Assembly: GCA_021734025.1 (NCBI GenBank)
Contig: JAIPJS010000003.1
Coordinates: forward strand, 92,332 to 156,331
DNA from: Fidelibacterota bacterium
GTDB lineage: Bacteria > Fidelibacterota > JAANXI01
DNA length: 64,000 bases
Direction of reading: 5' to 3'
Within the stretch, counting starts at the first letter, position 1. Each line of letters starts with the position of its first letter. A program made the position numbers and the translations under genes. Shown here piece by piece: positions 9,525 through 19,394 of the stretch. The notes beneath the pieces were generated by a model. The model was not told where the DNA came from, made no database searches, and saw only the letters and a program-made list of their open reading frames with translations.

Positions 9525-10262
9525 ATGACGAAAATCGCAATTTACCTGACCGGCACAACCTATCCGGAAATTCGGTATTCCTACGGCGATTTTGAGGATT
9601 GGTTCGCCAGAGGACTCACTAAATTTGGTGTTCAGACTGTTACCTGTGATGTCCGGAAGGAGGAATACCCGGCCTTGGATCAGGTTGATGGCATTGTAGT
9701 AACCGGGTCACCTGCTTCGGTCGTCACCGATCCCGAACCATGGGTAGAGCCACTGAAAAAGCATTTACGCACGGTGCTGGAGTCCGATATTCCCACACTT
9801 GGGGTCTGTTTTGGACATCAGATCCTGGCAACCGCAGCGGGAGCAAGGGTGGAGCCGCATGCTCTTACCAGAGAGATCGGCACTGTTGAGCTTTCGTTAA
9901 CCAAAGCGGGGGAAGATCATCCATTATTTCAGGATATCCCAGTACAATTCCGGGCGCAGGAAACCCACGAAGATGTGGTGACCGGTCTGCCGCCAGGTCT
10001 CGGTATTGAAATACTTGCGGAAAACCCGCATAACCCATATCAGGCGCTGGCGTATTCCAACAATGCATTCTCCGTCCAGTTTCACCCGGAAATTACCGCA
10101 GATATTATGCATGCCTACCTGCAAATCTATGGGAAGAAATTAGTTAAAACCGGGGAGCTCTCGTCAGAGGAATATGAGGAAATTAAGCAGGGCATTCGGG
10201 AAACATCCACAGGTGATACTGTCTTCAGGAATTTTTGTCGTATCGTATCTGCCCGGCTGTGA
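9525..10262 (+). CDS. Class I glutamine amidotransferase (GMP-synthase-like, standalone)
   Basis: VTGSP, LGVCFGHQ, VQFHPE Cys-His-Glu triad. Confidence 0.88.
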   Translation: MTKIAIYLTGTTYPEIRYSYGDFEDWFARGLTKFGVQTVTCDVRKEEYPALDQVDGIVVTGSPASVVTDPEPWVEPLKKHLRTVLESDIPTLGVCFGHQILATAAGARVEPHALTREIGTVELSLTKAGEDHPLFQDIPVQFRAQETHEDVVTGLPPGLGIEILAENPHNPYQALAYSNNAFSVQFHPEITADIMHAYLQIYGKKLVKTGELSSEEYEEIKQGIRETSTGDTVFRNFCRIVSARL

Positions 10263-10461
10263 TAATTCCGGCCCCAAACTTTCTCCTGGATCACTCGTTC
10301 AACTTCCGGAAAAAATATATTTCCATGGTTCAGCACTCATCTGCATGATACAATATTCTTGATTTTATCGCTGGACACCCCTAACCTTTTCAACATAATA
10401 ATTCATCTATCTGAAAATACCTTTTCGGATAACAAGGTTCACTAACAGAATATAAGAGGTT

Positions 10462-11106
10462 ATGCTTCAGGAAGCATTTATACAGCTATTTACCGGCGAA
10501 AAGATCGTCTGGATGAATCTGGCGAACGCCGTGGAAATTGCAGGCTATGCAATCGTGATTGCCCTGCTGGTCAGCATTCCATTTGGCCTTCTGATCGGGA
10601 TTGAGCGTTTTCCCGGAAAACGCCTGCTCCTGTTCCTGGTTCATCTCTGGATGTATGTCCCGGCTGTCGGCCTCGGTATATTTCTGTATTACCAGTCAAC
10701 CGGTGAATTTATTTCCCCAATCGGACTCATCCTCTGGAGTGCAATACTGATTATCCCATTGATGACAGGGCTGATTGCCGATATCCTTCTGGAGCGGGAC
10801 CAGCGAGTTGACGAGGAAATCTATGCACTCGGTGCCTCGAAATTGCAGATGTACTTTACCCAGATGAATGAAAAGCGAACAGCAATTTACGGCGCCATCT
10901 CTGGAGGCTTCGCCCGGATATTTATTGAAATTGGTTCGTTTTACCTCGTGCTCAGTTTCCTGTTTGGACAAGGATTTCCATCGAAGCCGGTATTCAATTT
11001 GTCTGGAGCCAGTGCGCACCTCGCTGTTGCGCTGGGGTTATTCCTTATCGGCGGAATAATTTATCTCGGTATTCATTTTCTGCAATTCTACCGGAGGCGT
11101 TTATAG
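10462..11106 (+). CDS. ABC permease, TupB (tungstate)-like, divergent
   Basis: ~5 TM; RFPGKR, EEIYALGAS (EAA loop), GFARIFIEIGS resemble TupB. Confidence 0.6.
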   Translation: MLQEAFIQLFTGEKIVWMNLANAVEIAGYAIVIALLVSIPFGLLIGIERFPGKRLLLFLVHLWMYVPAVGLGIFLYYQSTGEFISPIGLILWSAILIIPLMTGLIADILLERDQRVDEEIYALGASKLQMYFTQMNEKRTAIYGAISGGFARIFIEIGSFYLVLSFLFGQGFPSKPVFNLSGASAHLAVALGLFLIGGIIYLGIHFLQFYRRRL

Positions 11107-11817
11107 ATGCCGAACCTCATCGAAATTAGCGATATCCATCACCAGGTACATAAGCGCCTGTCTATCGATATCGATCAGCTCTTCTTCCAGGATGGGCCGA
11201 TCTATGGACTGATTGGTGAGGCCGGCTCGGGTAAAACAACTCTCCTGAGAATTTTAGCACTGCTCCAGCCGGTGGAAAAAGGAAAGATTACCGTATTTGA
11301 AACTCCGGCCGATGCGAAAAAACACCCGAAACAACTCCGTCGGCGCCTCGGCTATCTGCCACAGCAGCCCACGATGTTTTCCGGAACGGTGGCGGACAAT
11401 ATCGCCATGGGGCTCCATTTTCGACGAAAGGATGAAGAGGAAATTGAGGCGCGTGTAAAAAACCTGCTCGCGGAATTCCATTGTAGCGATCTGGGACGCG
11501 TACCGGCGAATCAACTCTCACGGGGACAACAACAGATTGTCGCCCTCTTGCGGACGCTGGCGCCTTACCCGGAAGTACTGCTGATGGATGAGCCCTCTAC
11601 GCACCTGGATAAGGATCAATACGATCTGTTTCTCAACTATATCAAAATGCTCAACAATGATCGTGGCGTTACTATTATACTTTCCACCAAGTCCAAAGAT
11701 ATTGTACGGCGGGTTGTGAATATTTCTATCAGCATGCGGTACGGCAAAATTGTCCGGATACGAACCGGGGAACACCAGCTCAAAGACGAAAACGGTTCAG
11801 GCCCCCGTATCTCGTGA
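11107..11817 (+). CDS. ABC ATP-binding protein, TupC-like, with altered signature and switch motifs
   Basis: GEAGSGKTT, LPQ, LSRGQQQ, LLMDEP; H-loop reads STKS. Confidence 0.75.
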   Translation: MPNLIEISDIHHQVHKRLSIDIDQLFFQDGPIYGLIGEAGSGKTTLLRILALLQPVEKGKITVFETPADAKKHPKQLRRRLGYLPQQPTMFSGTVADNIAMGLHFRRKDEEEIEARVKNLLAEFHCSDLGRVPANQLSRGQQQIVALLRTLAPYPEVLLMDEPSTHLDKDQYDLFLNYIKMLNNDRGVTIILSTKSKDIVRRVVNISISMRYGKIVRIRTGEHQLKDENGSGPRIS

Positions 11818-12524
11818 CAGTAGACCGGAATCATCCCTGGGATTTAAGCCCCGCCGATGCCATACACCTCCAACAGGAAATTAAAGAACTGATCGTCCAT
11901 CACTGGGACAATCGAGAGGTCCGGACAATCGCAGGCGCGGATGTTTCGTATATCCGGCGGTGGCAACAGGCGTTTGCGGTTATAGCGCTGTTTGAAGTCG
12001 AATACGGTAGTTCCGGAATAATCCTGCATCACCTGAAATCGGTGACAGACTCCCGGGAGATAACGTATCCGTATATTCCCGGTCTTTTGGTGTTCCGGGA
12101 AGGCCCGGCGCTGGAAAGCGTCTGGCAACGCCTGGAGAAGAAACCGGATCTATTGATGTTTGATGGTGCGGGAATAGCCCATCCACGGCGATGCGGGTTG
12201 GCTGCACACCTGGGATGGCGGTGGAATATTCCGGCCATCGGATGCGCCAAGTCCCGGCTGACCGGTGAGGCGGAAGAGGTTGGTATCGAAAAAGGGGCAC
12301 ACGTTCCGTTATTCCACAAGAAAACGCAGATCGGAAACGTCGTTCGGACACGGACCCGGGTGAAACCGCTATACGTATCCCCGGGACACCTGATGGATTT
12401 TGAAACGGCGGTGGATTGGACCCTCCAAACTACAACAAAATACAAATTGCCCAAACCGACCAGAATTGCAGATAACCGGACTAAAAAGTTAGTGCGGGAA
12501 TATCAATCCACTCATGAAACCTGA
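11814..12524 (+). CDS. nfi: Endonuclease V
   Basis: AGADVSY, PYIPGLLVFRE, FDGAGIAHPRRCGLA, GCAKSRL. Confidence 0.93.
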   Translation: MTVDRNHPWDLSPADAIHLQQEIKELIVHHWDNREVRTIAGADVSYIRRWQQAFAVIALFEVEYGSSGIILHHLKSVTDSREITYPYIPGLLVFREGPALESVWQRLEKKPDLLMFDGAGIAHPRRCGLAAHLGWRWNIPAIGCAKSRLTGEAEEVGIEKGAHVPLFHKKTQIGNVVRTRTRVKPLYVSPGHLMDFETAVDWTLQTTTKYKLPKPTRIADNRTKKLVREYQSTHET

Positions 12525-12656
12525 GTTTACGGATATTGACGATGTTCGTAAAATTGAGCCTCTGGTAGCCGTCACAGTGTACCGAAATTATACGACCGGT
12601 ATCCCTTGTAAAATATTCCGTTTCACACTATCGTCGAATCCCGTAAATTATAGTCT

Positions 12657-13316
12657 ATGACAGCATCGTCGCTACGGCAGGAACGGGAAAATATGGTGAA
12701 GGTCCAGCTGAAAAGGCGGAATATTGCTGACAAGCGGGTACTGGATGCCTTTCTGAAGGTCCCCCGCCACGAATTTGTCCCGGAGAAATATCGGAAATCG
12801 GCATATACTGACAATCCGATCCCTATCGGATATGACCAAACCATCAGTCAGCCGTATGTGGTGGCACATATGCTGGAGGAGGTCTCGATTCAGGAGACCG
12901 ACCGGGTGCTTGATATCGGTACAGGATCAGGGTACGCTGCGGCAGTTGCAAGTCTGCTATGTGATAGGGTTTACGGCGTTGAGCGGATTAAACCGTTAGC
13001 CGAGCGAGCGCAGCGGGTGTTAACATCACTGGGGTATGACAATGTGGAGGTGAAATGTGGCGACGGTTTCAACGGTTGGCCGGAAAAATCGCCGTTCGAT
13101 GTTATAATGTTAGGAGCAGCACCGGCTGAGGTGCCTGACGCATTAAAAGAACAACTTGCAGACGGCGGGCGGTTAATAGCACCGGTCGGTGAATTGCAAC
13201 AGGAACTCGTGATTTTAATCCGGACTGGCCATTCATTTGAAGAAACAACTGGTACAATGGTTCGGTTTGTCCCAATGAAACACGGTAAATACTCAACAGA
13301 GGAGAATTCCAGATGA
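12657..13316 (+). CDS. pcm: Protein-L-isoaspartate O-methyltransferase
   Basis: VPRHEF, QTISQP, VLDIGTGSGY, GDGFNGWP, VRFVPM. Confidence 0.95.
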   Translation: MTASSLRQERENMVKVQLKRRNIADKRVLDAFLKVPRHEFVPEKYRKSAYTDNPIPIGYDQTISQPYVVAHMLEEVSIQETDRVLDIGTGSGYAAAVASLLCDRVYGVERIKPLAERAQRVLTSLGYDNVEVKCGDGFNGWPEKSPFDVIMLGAAPAEVPDALKEQLADGGRLIAPVGELQQELVILIRTGHSFEETTGTMVRFVPMKHGKYSTEENSR

Positions 13317-14038
13317 AACGGCTCTACAAATCCAGAACTGACCGGGTCATTGCAGGTGTCTGCGGCGGAGTTGGAGAATATTTTAACCTCGATCCCGTAT
13401 TGATCCGCATTTTGTGGGTGCTCTTTGCGGTATTGGGTGGCAGCGGAATTCTTGCCTATATCATCGGAATGATCATTATTCCGGAGCCACCTGAATCCGT
13501 AGCGGAAAACCACGGCTCTTCCACTCCGAAACGGGATCGCTCAACCACCCAAACGGTTTGGGGAGTTATTCTGATTGGCATTGGCCTAATTGTGTTGTTA
13601 CAACAATTCCATATTTTTCGGTTCTTCTCCGCCCGATTCTGGCATGTGAGCTGGGGAGTCATTTTTCCGATATTTATCATACTCATCGGAATACTTATCC
13701 TTTTCCGGCGTCAGGAGTCCCGAAAAAATACATCGAATGTATCCGACAGCGATGTGGGCGAAGAAGGTTCTAAATCAAATATTACCGGCGGAACAATTGT
13801 CCGCCCGAAACGGGACAGAAAACTTGCCGGAGTCTGTTCCGGGTTAGCGTACTACCTGGAAATCGATCCGACAATTGTGCGGTTATTATGGGTGATTGGC
13901 GTCTTTGCCACCGGCGGAGTTGCGGTGTTACTCTATATCATATTGGCTATTGTATTACCCGAAGATAGCTTTGAGGAATTTGACGATACTGCGTCTGCGC
14001 AGGCAAGCAGCTCACCTGGCGATAAAGGAAATACCTAA
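13313..14038 (+). CDS. Membrane protein with two PspC domains flanking a LiaF/DUF5668-like TM segment
   Basis: KRLYKSRTDRVIAGVCGG and RPKRDRKLAGVCSG PspC motifs. Confidence 0.85.
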   Translation: MKRLYKSRTDRVIAGVCGGVGEYFNLDPVLIRILWVLFAVLGGSGILAYIIGMIIIPEPPESVAENHGSSTPKRDRSTTQTVWGVILIGIGLIVLLQQFHIFRFFSARFWHVSWGVIFPIFIILIGILILFRRQESRKNTSNVSDSDVGEEGSKSNITGGTIVRPKRDRKLAGVCSGLAYYLEIDPTIVRLLWVIGVFATGGVAVLLYIILAIVLPEDSFEEFDDTASAQASSSPGDKGNT

Positions 14039-14046
14039 ACGATTGT

Positions 14047-14604
14047 TCACTCCGAAAAGGTTGTATAGGCCTGGCGGGTTGGATGAACGGTGAGGGTATC
14101 ACTCTCGCTGATGAGGAGTAATTTCGAGTGTGGTTGAATTTGTAAATCGCCTACAATCCGCCAGGTGTTTTCTGCCAGAGTTGCGTGTAGTGTATCTCCA
14201 GCCGATGTAAGTACAACCTGTGTGCCCTCAGTTACCTCCCCAGCTATGGAGCCGTCCGACACTTCTGTTATAACCAGAAACGGTTTCCCTTTGCTAAGCC
14301 CCAGATGATACTGGTAGAGTGCCTCCAGAGAATCCCCATGTACCGGCGCTCCTCCTGGACCGGCTGCCATCTCGTCAACTGTATGCTTTAACTCTGCCGG
14401 GGAAAGATCCGCCGCAAACTGGTCACCATAGAATGAACCGCCCGGGCCGTGGCATCGGGCACACTGGTTATTAAAGTATGAGATAGGGCGGAAGTCCAGG
14501 GTTTTACTCCCGGCGACAGAATCGGCACCTGAGAGTGGTGGAATTTTGGCGATGAAGAAAAAGAGAATGCCGAGAAAACCTAACGGTAGAAGATATCTGT
14601 TCAT
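14047..14604 (-). CDS. Secreted monoheme c-type cytochrome with C-terminal beta domain
   Basis: Start MNRYLL at 14604 (ATGA overlap with upstream gene), signal peptide, CARCH, distal Met (DEMA). Confidence 0.75.
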   Translation of the reverse strand: MNRYLLPLGFLGILFFFIAKIPPLSGADSVAGSKTLDFRPISYFNNQCARCHGPGGSFYGDQFAADLSPAELKHTVDEMAAGPGGAPVHGDSLEALYQYHLGLSKGKPFLVITEVSDGSIAGEVTEGTQVVLTSAGDTLHATLAENTWRIVGDLQIQPHSKLLLISESDTLTVHPTRQAYTTFSE

Positions 14605-15812
14605 CAGCGACCAGTATATGTGATTCTGTAAACACGTCCGCCGTGGTCTCCGCTGAACAGAATTGAACCGTCTGGTGCCTCCACACAATCAACCGGGCGC
14701 TCCAGTACGGTTTCGCCGTCATCCGCCAGGGTCTGGACAATTTCCAGTTCACCGTACGGATCGCCGGTTACGTCGTCAAACAATACCCGGACGACGGCGT
14801 ATCCAACCTTGACACTGCTGTTCCAGGAACCGTGCTGAGCCACGAAGGCATCACCCTGATGGTCGGGAGGGAAGTGGTTATTTTCAAGGCTGACGAAGGT
14901 GAAGCCGTTGGTGGCCACGTGAGCTCCGAACATCCACTCCGGCGGTACCGTTTTCGACGCGAGATCAATGATATCGTCCCGGTCGTAATATTCGACGCGC
15001 GGCAGAATATTGCCCACGATAAACGGATGTCCGTAGAATTCGCCTTTTCGGTAATGGTTAAACTCATCCGGTGGATTGTGATCCGTAATCGGCTGTTGGG
15101 CACGAGTATCGCCGATGGGCCGCCCGTACCAGTCACTACCGTGATCGGCGCCCCAAACTTCGTCAGTACCAGGGCGAAACCGCAATTTTTCGGTGTTTCG
15201 GATACCGGAGACAAAGAGTTCTTTTTCCATCCCATCAAGTGAGTATTTCCAGATCTTCTGCCGCTCGGTCTCCGTCTGGATACTGATATTCCCGCCGTCA
15301 CCGATTGAGGTATATATTCCATCATCCCCCACTAGGAGTGAGCGCCACCAGTGTCCGCCTCCTTTGCTGTAGATTCTTTCTTCCGGGATCACCGTTTCTA
15401 CTTCGTTGGAAACGCCGTCTCCATCGGTATCGCGGCTTTTGTGTACGGCGCCGGTCTGGGTGAACCAGAGCCAGCCGTCTTTGTAGTGTAAACCGTGCAC
15501 TCTGGAATAATTTTCCACGTAAGTAGTACGGGATTCGAAGAATCCATCACCATCCTGGTCAGTGAGCCCGACGATATCTTCATGCCGCGGTCGGCTGACA
15601 TACAAGGTACCGTCGTCGCCCATCTCCAGGAATCGGGCATTATCCAGATTATCTACGGCGAGTGTGACTTCGTAACCCGGACGTACCTTAAAGTCCGGCA
15701 AATCTTCCTCGGTCATATTTTGTGCACACGCAACGCCGGTAATACTAAAAAATGTTAAAACTATTGTTGCAATACCCATCGTTGGAATAGTGATAAAACG
15801 TATATATCTCAT
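14604..15812 (-). CDS. PQQ-dependent glucose/sorbosone dehydrogenase family beta-propeller
   Basis: ARFL, DTDGDG, SIGD, SGIRN, FYGHP, QHGSWN, RPVD..APDGS motifs; signal peptide. Confidence 0.85.
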   Translation of the reverse strand: MRYIRFITIPTMGIATIVLTFFSITGVACAQNMTEEDLPDFKVRPGYEVTLAVDNLDNARFLEMGDDGTLYVSRPRHEDIVGLTDQDGDGFFESRTTYVENYSRVHGLHYKDGWLWFTQTGAVHKSRDTDGDGVSNEVETVIPEERIYSKGGGHWWRSLLVGDDGIYTSIGDGGNISIQTETERQKIWKYSLDGMEKELFVSGIRNTEKLRFRPGTDEVWGADHGSDWYGRPIGDTRAQQPITDHNPPDEFNHYRKGEFYGHPFIVGNILPRVEYYDRDDIIDLASKTVPPEWMFGAHVATNGFTFVSLENNHFPPDHQGDAFVAQHGSWNSSVKVGYAVVRVLFDDVTGDPYGELEIVQTLADDGETVLERPVDCVEAPDGSILFSGDHGGRVYRITYTGR

Positions 15813-15983
15813 TCGTCGCTTCTCCGGTTTGTGTATTCGCTATCGCCAATTGACGAAATAATTCATGCGTCCCTGTAACAGTCGCCATGTAGCCATGTAA
15901 ATATAATAAAAAATCGGTCTCACCCGTGACAATTGCAACATTTCCGTATTCAATCTTTAATATCCCCGTTTGGAATTCCGATG

Positions 15984-16001
15984 TTTTACAGAATTTTTAC
16001 T
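15984..16001 (+). promoter_or_regulatory. Pho-box-like direct repeat upstream of phoB
   Basis: TTTTACA (15984) and TTTTACT (15995), 11-bp period. Confidence 0.55.
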
Positions 16002-16061
16002 TTGGACTTTTTCCAGTCTGCTTTATACTTGTCTGACGAATTCATAATGGGAGATCTATTT

Positions 16062-16751
16062 GTGGCCAGACAAATCCTGATTGCCGACGACGAGGAAGAT
16101 TTTCTGGAAATTCTCACCTACAACCTTGAGAAGGAAGGATTTGACGTTATCGCAGTGCAGGATGGCAAAGCGGCAATGGATGCCCTGGATACTAATCCCG
16201 ATCTTATCATACTTGACGTGATGATGCCGGAGATGGACGGATACGAAGTGTGCAAGGCCATTCGCGCTAAAGGCATCGACACGCCGATTATTTTCCTGAC
16301 TGCCAAAGATTCGGAATTCGACGAAGTCCTGGGCCTGGAGATCGGCGGTGACGATTATATTACCAAGCCGTTCAGCCCGATGACGCTGATTGCCAGGGTA
16401 CGGGCTCATCTGCGCAAGTTACAATCCGAACCAACCCCAGAGATAATCCACATCGGCAAACTCGCCATCGATCCCGAGAATTATACGGTGAAATTGGATG
16501 GGGAAGAGATAGATTTTACCAAAACCGAATTTAATTTGCTTGCATATCTGGCGCAACGTCCCAATGTGGTCCACAGCCGGGAAACACTCTTGTCAAGTGT
16601 GTGGGGGAATGATACTTTTGTCATTGACCGAACCGTGGATGTTCATGTCGGGAAAGTCCGGAAAAAGCTAAAAGATTATGGCCAATATATTGAAACCAAG
16701 GCCGGCGTGGGATATCGACTGAACACCCGCCGAATTGAAAATGGGAATTAG
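16062..16751 (+). CDS. phoB: OmpR/PhoB-family response regulator
   Basis: ILIADDE, LDVMMP, FLTAK, KPFS, RTVDVHV; GTG start after GGGAG; adjacent to pst. Confidence 0.9.
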   Translation: MARQILIADDEEDFLEILTYNLEKEGFDVIAVQDGKAAMDALDTNPDLIILDVMMPEMDGYEVCKAIRAKGIDTPIIFLTAKDSEFDEVLGLEIGGDDYITKPFSPMTLIARVRAHLRKLQSEPTPEIIHIGKLAIDPENYTVKLDGEEIDFTKTEFNLLAYLAQRPNVVHSRETLLSSVWGNDTFVIDRTVDVHVGKVRKKLKDYGQYIETKAGVGYRLNTRRIENGN

Positions 16752-18165
16752 ACGCAGACTCCACCTCTCTTTTGGTGGGATTATAGTCGGCGGGCTTATC
16801 CTGCTCACCGTCTTACTCTCTATCCTCACAAAAAGTTATCTGTATGACCTGCTAACCGACAATCTCCGCAAGGAAGCACACGCTATTGAACAGATGCTGG
16901 AGTACCTGCCGGAGAATGAATTCGCTCTGGCACTGGATTCCCTCGCGACGACGCTCAGCCGACAACTGAAAATCCGGGTGACCTTCATGTCCGAAACCGG
17001 CGATGTTCTGGCGGACTCAGATGTGGACTATGCCGCTCTGGATACAGTGGAGAACCACATTAATCGCCCCGAAGTGGGCGAGGCCCGTGAGATTGGCTGG
17101 GGTACCGGCCGGCGCACCAGTGCTACAGTACAAGAGCCGTTTTTGTACGTCGCCATACATCAAATTGAGCCGGCAACTCCCGTGTCCTATGTCCGCTTGG
17201 CTATGCCGCTTAGTGAGGTCAACAGCACTGTCCTGCATTTACGGATGCTCCTGATCATCGGCGGTGTTATCATACTGATTATTGTGAGTGGCACGACCTT
17301 TTATATGTCTTCCCGGATTACGAATCCGTTGAATAAGATGGCGCGAACGGCGCAGGCCATTGCCGATGGAGATTACTCAGCGCGGACCAGGGTCTCCGGC
17401 GAGGATGAAATGGGTAAACTCGGCGATGCGCTGAACCGAATGGCTGAAACAATCGAATCCGACATCCGGCAGATGCGGAAACTGGAACGGATGCGCACCG
17501 AATTTATAGGAAATACTTCCCACGAGCTGAAGACGCCAATCGCGTCGATTAAGGGATACATTGAGACGTTGCTCTCTGGTGGGCTTGATGACAGAGAGGT
17601 GAATGTCCGGTTCCTGGAACGAACGCTACAGAATGCCGACCGCCTCCAGCTGCTAGTGCAGGATCTTATCCAGATATCCCGAATCGAGAGCGGTGAAATG
17701 CGGATGAGCCTCCGGTATTTTAATATCCTGGAGCTGGCCAGAGATCTTGAACAGGAATACGCCCCGCAATTCAGGGACAAAGCGGTCGATTGGCGGCTCA
17801 GGATACCGGAGCAGGGTGATTTGAAAGTCCGGGGGGATATGGCCAGGATTAAACAAGTACTCACCAATCTAATAACCAATGCAATGAAGTATACCCATGA
17901 GGGTGAGGTCGTACTGGAAATCGAAGATTGGGAGAACAAGGTCAAAATTGCTGTCAGGGACACCGGCCCCGGCATTCCTCCTGAATACCAAAGCCGGGTA
18001 TTCGAGCGGTTTTATCGGATCGATAAGGACCGCTCGCGCAACATCGGCGGCACCGGGTTGGGACTGGCTATCGTAAAACACATCGTCTCTGCTCACGGTT
18101 CGGAAATTCAGCTGGATAGCGACGGGCAATCCGGATCAACCTTCTGGTTCCTGCTTGAAAAATAG
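16741..18165 (+). CDS. phoR: Sensor histidine kinase with HAMP domain
   Basis: ENHINRPEV, SHELKTP, NLITNA, DTGPGI, GGTGLGLAIVKH. Confidence 0.9.
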   Translation: MGIRRRLHLSFGGIIVGGLILLTVLLSILTKSYLYDLLTDNLRKEAHAIEQMLEYLPENEFALALDSLATTLSRQLKIRVTFMSETGDVLADSDVDYAALDTVENHINRPEVGEAREIGWGTGRRTSATVQEPFLYVAIHQIEPATPVSYVRLAMPLSEVNSTVLHLRMLLIIGGVIILIIVSGTTFYMSSRITNPLNKMARTAQAIADGDYSARTRVSGEDEMGKLGDALNRMAETIESDIRQMRKLERMRTEFIGNTSHELKTPIASIKGYIETLLSGGLDDREVNVRFLERTLQNADRLQLLVQDLIQISRIESGEMRMSLRYFNILELARDLEQEYAPQFRDKAVDWRLRIPEQGDLKVRGDMARIKQVLTNLITNAMKYTHEGEVVLEIEDWENKVKIAVRDTGPGIPPEYQSRVFERFYRIDKDRSRNIGGTGLGLAIVKHIVSAHGSEIQLDSDGQSGSTFWFLLEK

Positions 18166-18192
18166 AGAAATGTGTCTGGCCGTCTGCCGGGA

Positions 18193-18232
18193 TTTTACAA
18201 AATTTTTACATATCTTTAATACTTGGATTACA
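18193..18232 (+). promoter_or_regulatory. Pho box: four 11-bp-spaced TT(T/A)ACA-type repeats upstream of pstS
   Basis: TTTTACA 18193, TTTTACA 18204, TTTAATA 18215, GATTACA 18226. Confidence 0.8.
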
Positions 18233-18357
18233 TTGATGTGTTACACTCATTTATCTATGAGAGGGAAAATATTGTCTAAAGTAATATCGCCGGGTTTAAG
18301 TCAACAATCTTCATTTCATTTTATAACTTACACATCGGCTAAAATTGAGGGGGCATC

Positions 18358-19356
18358 ATGAAGAAAGTATTACTGTTTGTTACCGCGGCATTCTTATTAA
18401 TTGGATGTGGCCAAAAGCAGCAAGAGGGCATCACCGGGAAAATTTCAATTGATGGATCAAGCACAGTGTACCCAATCACCGAGGCGGTGGCTGAGGAGTT
18501 TATGAAGGAGTACAGTCGGGTACGTGTGACCGTTGGCACGAGCGGTTCCGGGGGCGGCTTCCAGAAGTTTACTTCCAAAGAGACAGATATCTCGGATGCG
18601 TCGCGCCCTATCAAAGAGACTGAAATTTCCAAGGCGAAGAAGAATGGCGTGCAATTTATCGAACTCCCGGTGGCGTTCGATGGATTATCCGTGGTCGTGA
18701 ATCCGAAAAATGACTGGGTGGACTATTTAACTGTCGAAGACCTGGAGCGGATGTGGAAACCGGAAGCCCAGGGAAAAATTACGCGCTGGAGCCAGGTTCG
18801 ATCCGAATGGCCGGACAGGGAGTTAAACCTGTATGGTCCGGGTGTCTCCTCCGGGACGTTTGACTACTTTACGGAAGCAGTTGTTGGCAGAGAAGGTGCA
18901 AGCCGGGGCGATTATACCGCCAGCGAAGACGATAATGTGCTGGTGCAGGGCGTAGCCGGTGATATCAATGCACTCGGTTTTTTCGGATTTGCATACTACC
19001 ATGAGAATCAGGACAGGCTCAAAATTGTGCCCATCGATGACGGAAATCCGGATAACGGTAAAGGCCCGATTGCTCCGACTTTTCAAACCATTGGGAACGG
19101 GACATACCAGCCGCTGGCCAGACCGTTGTTTATCTACGTTAGAGAGGAATCAGCGAACCGGGCAGAGGTGCAGGAATTTATTCACTTCTTCTTTGAAAAT
19201 GCCCCCCAACTGGTACAGGAGGTTGGCTATATTCCGCTGAGCGACACCACATACGCGCATGCAATGGATCGGTTCGAGGAGCGGGTAACGGGATCTGTGT
19301 TCAGCGGCGGCTCCCAGGTCGGTGTTAACATCAATGAACTGCTGCAGACCCGGTAA
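18358..19356 (+). CDS. pstS: Phosphate ABC transporter substrate-binding lipoprotein
   Basis: Lipobox LLIGC; [36 protein letters not shown]. Confidence 0.95.
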   Translation: MKKVLLFVTAAFLLIGCGQKQQEGITGKISIDGSSTVYPITEAVAEEFMKEYSRVRVTVGTSGSGGGFQKFTSKETDISDASRPIKETEISKAKKNGVQFIELPVAFDGLSVVVNPKNDWVDYLTVEDLERMWKPEAQGKITRWSQVRSEWPDRELNLYGPGVSSGTFDYFTEAVVGREGASRGDYTASEDDNVLVQGVAGDINALGFFGFAYYHENQDRLKIVPIDDGNPDNGKGPIAPTFQTIGNGTYQPLARPLFIYVREESANRAEVQEFIHFFFENAPQLVQEVGYIPLSDTTYAHAMDRFEERVTGSVFSGGSQVGVNINELLQTR

Positions 19357-19394
19357 CGGTAACCGTCATATACCGAGGAGTTCAGGGGTAAAAC

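Noticed and set aside
15933-16061. N-terminal extension of PhoB in the ORF track
   Set aside because: Overlaps the Pho box and promoter region; the receiver domain begins at GTG 16062 after an SD
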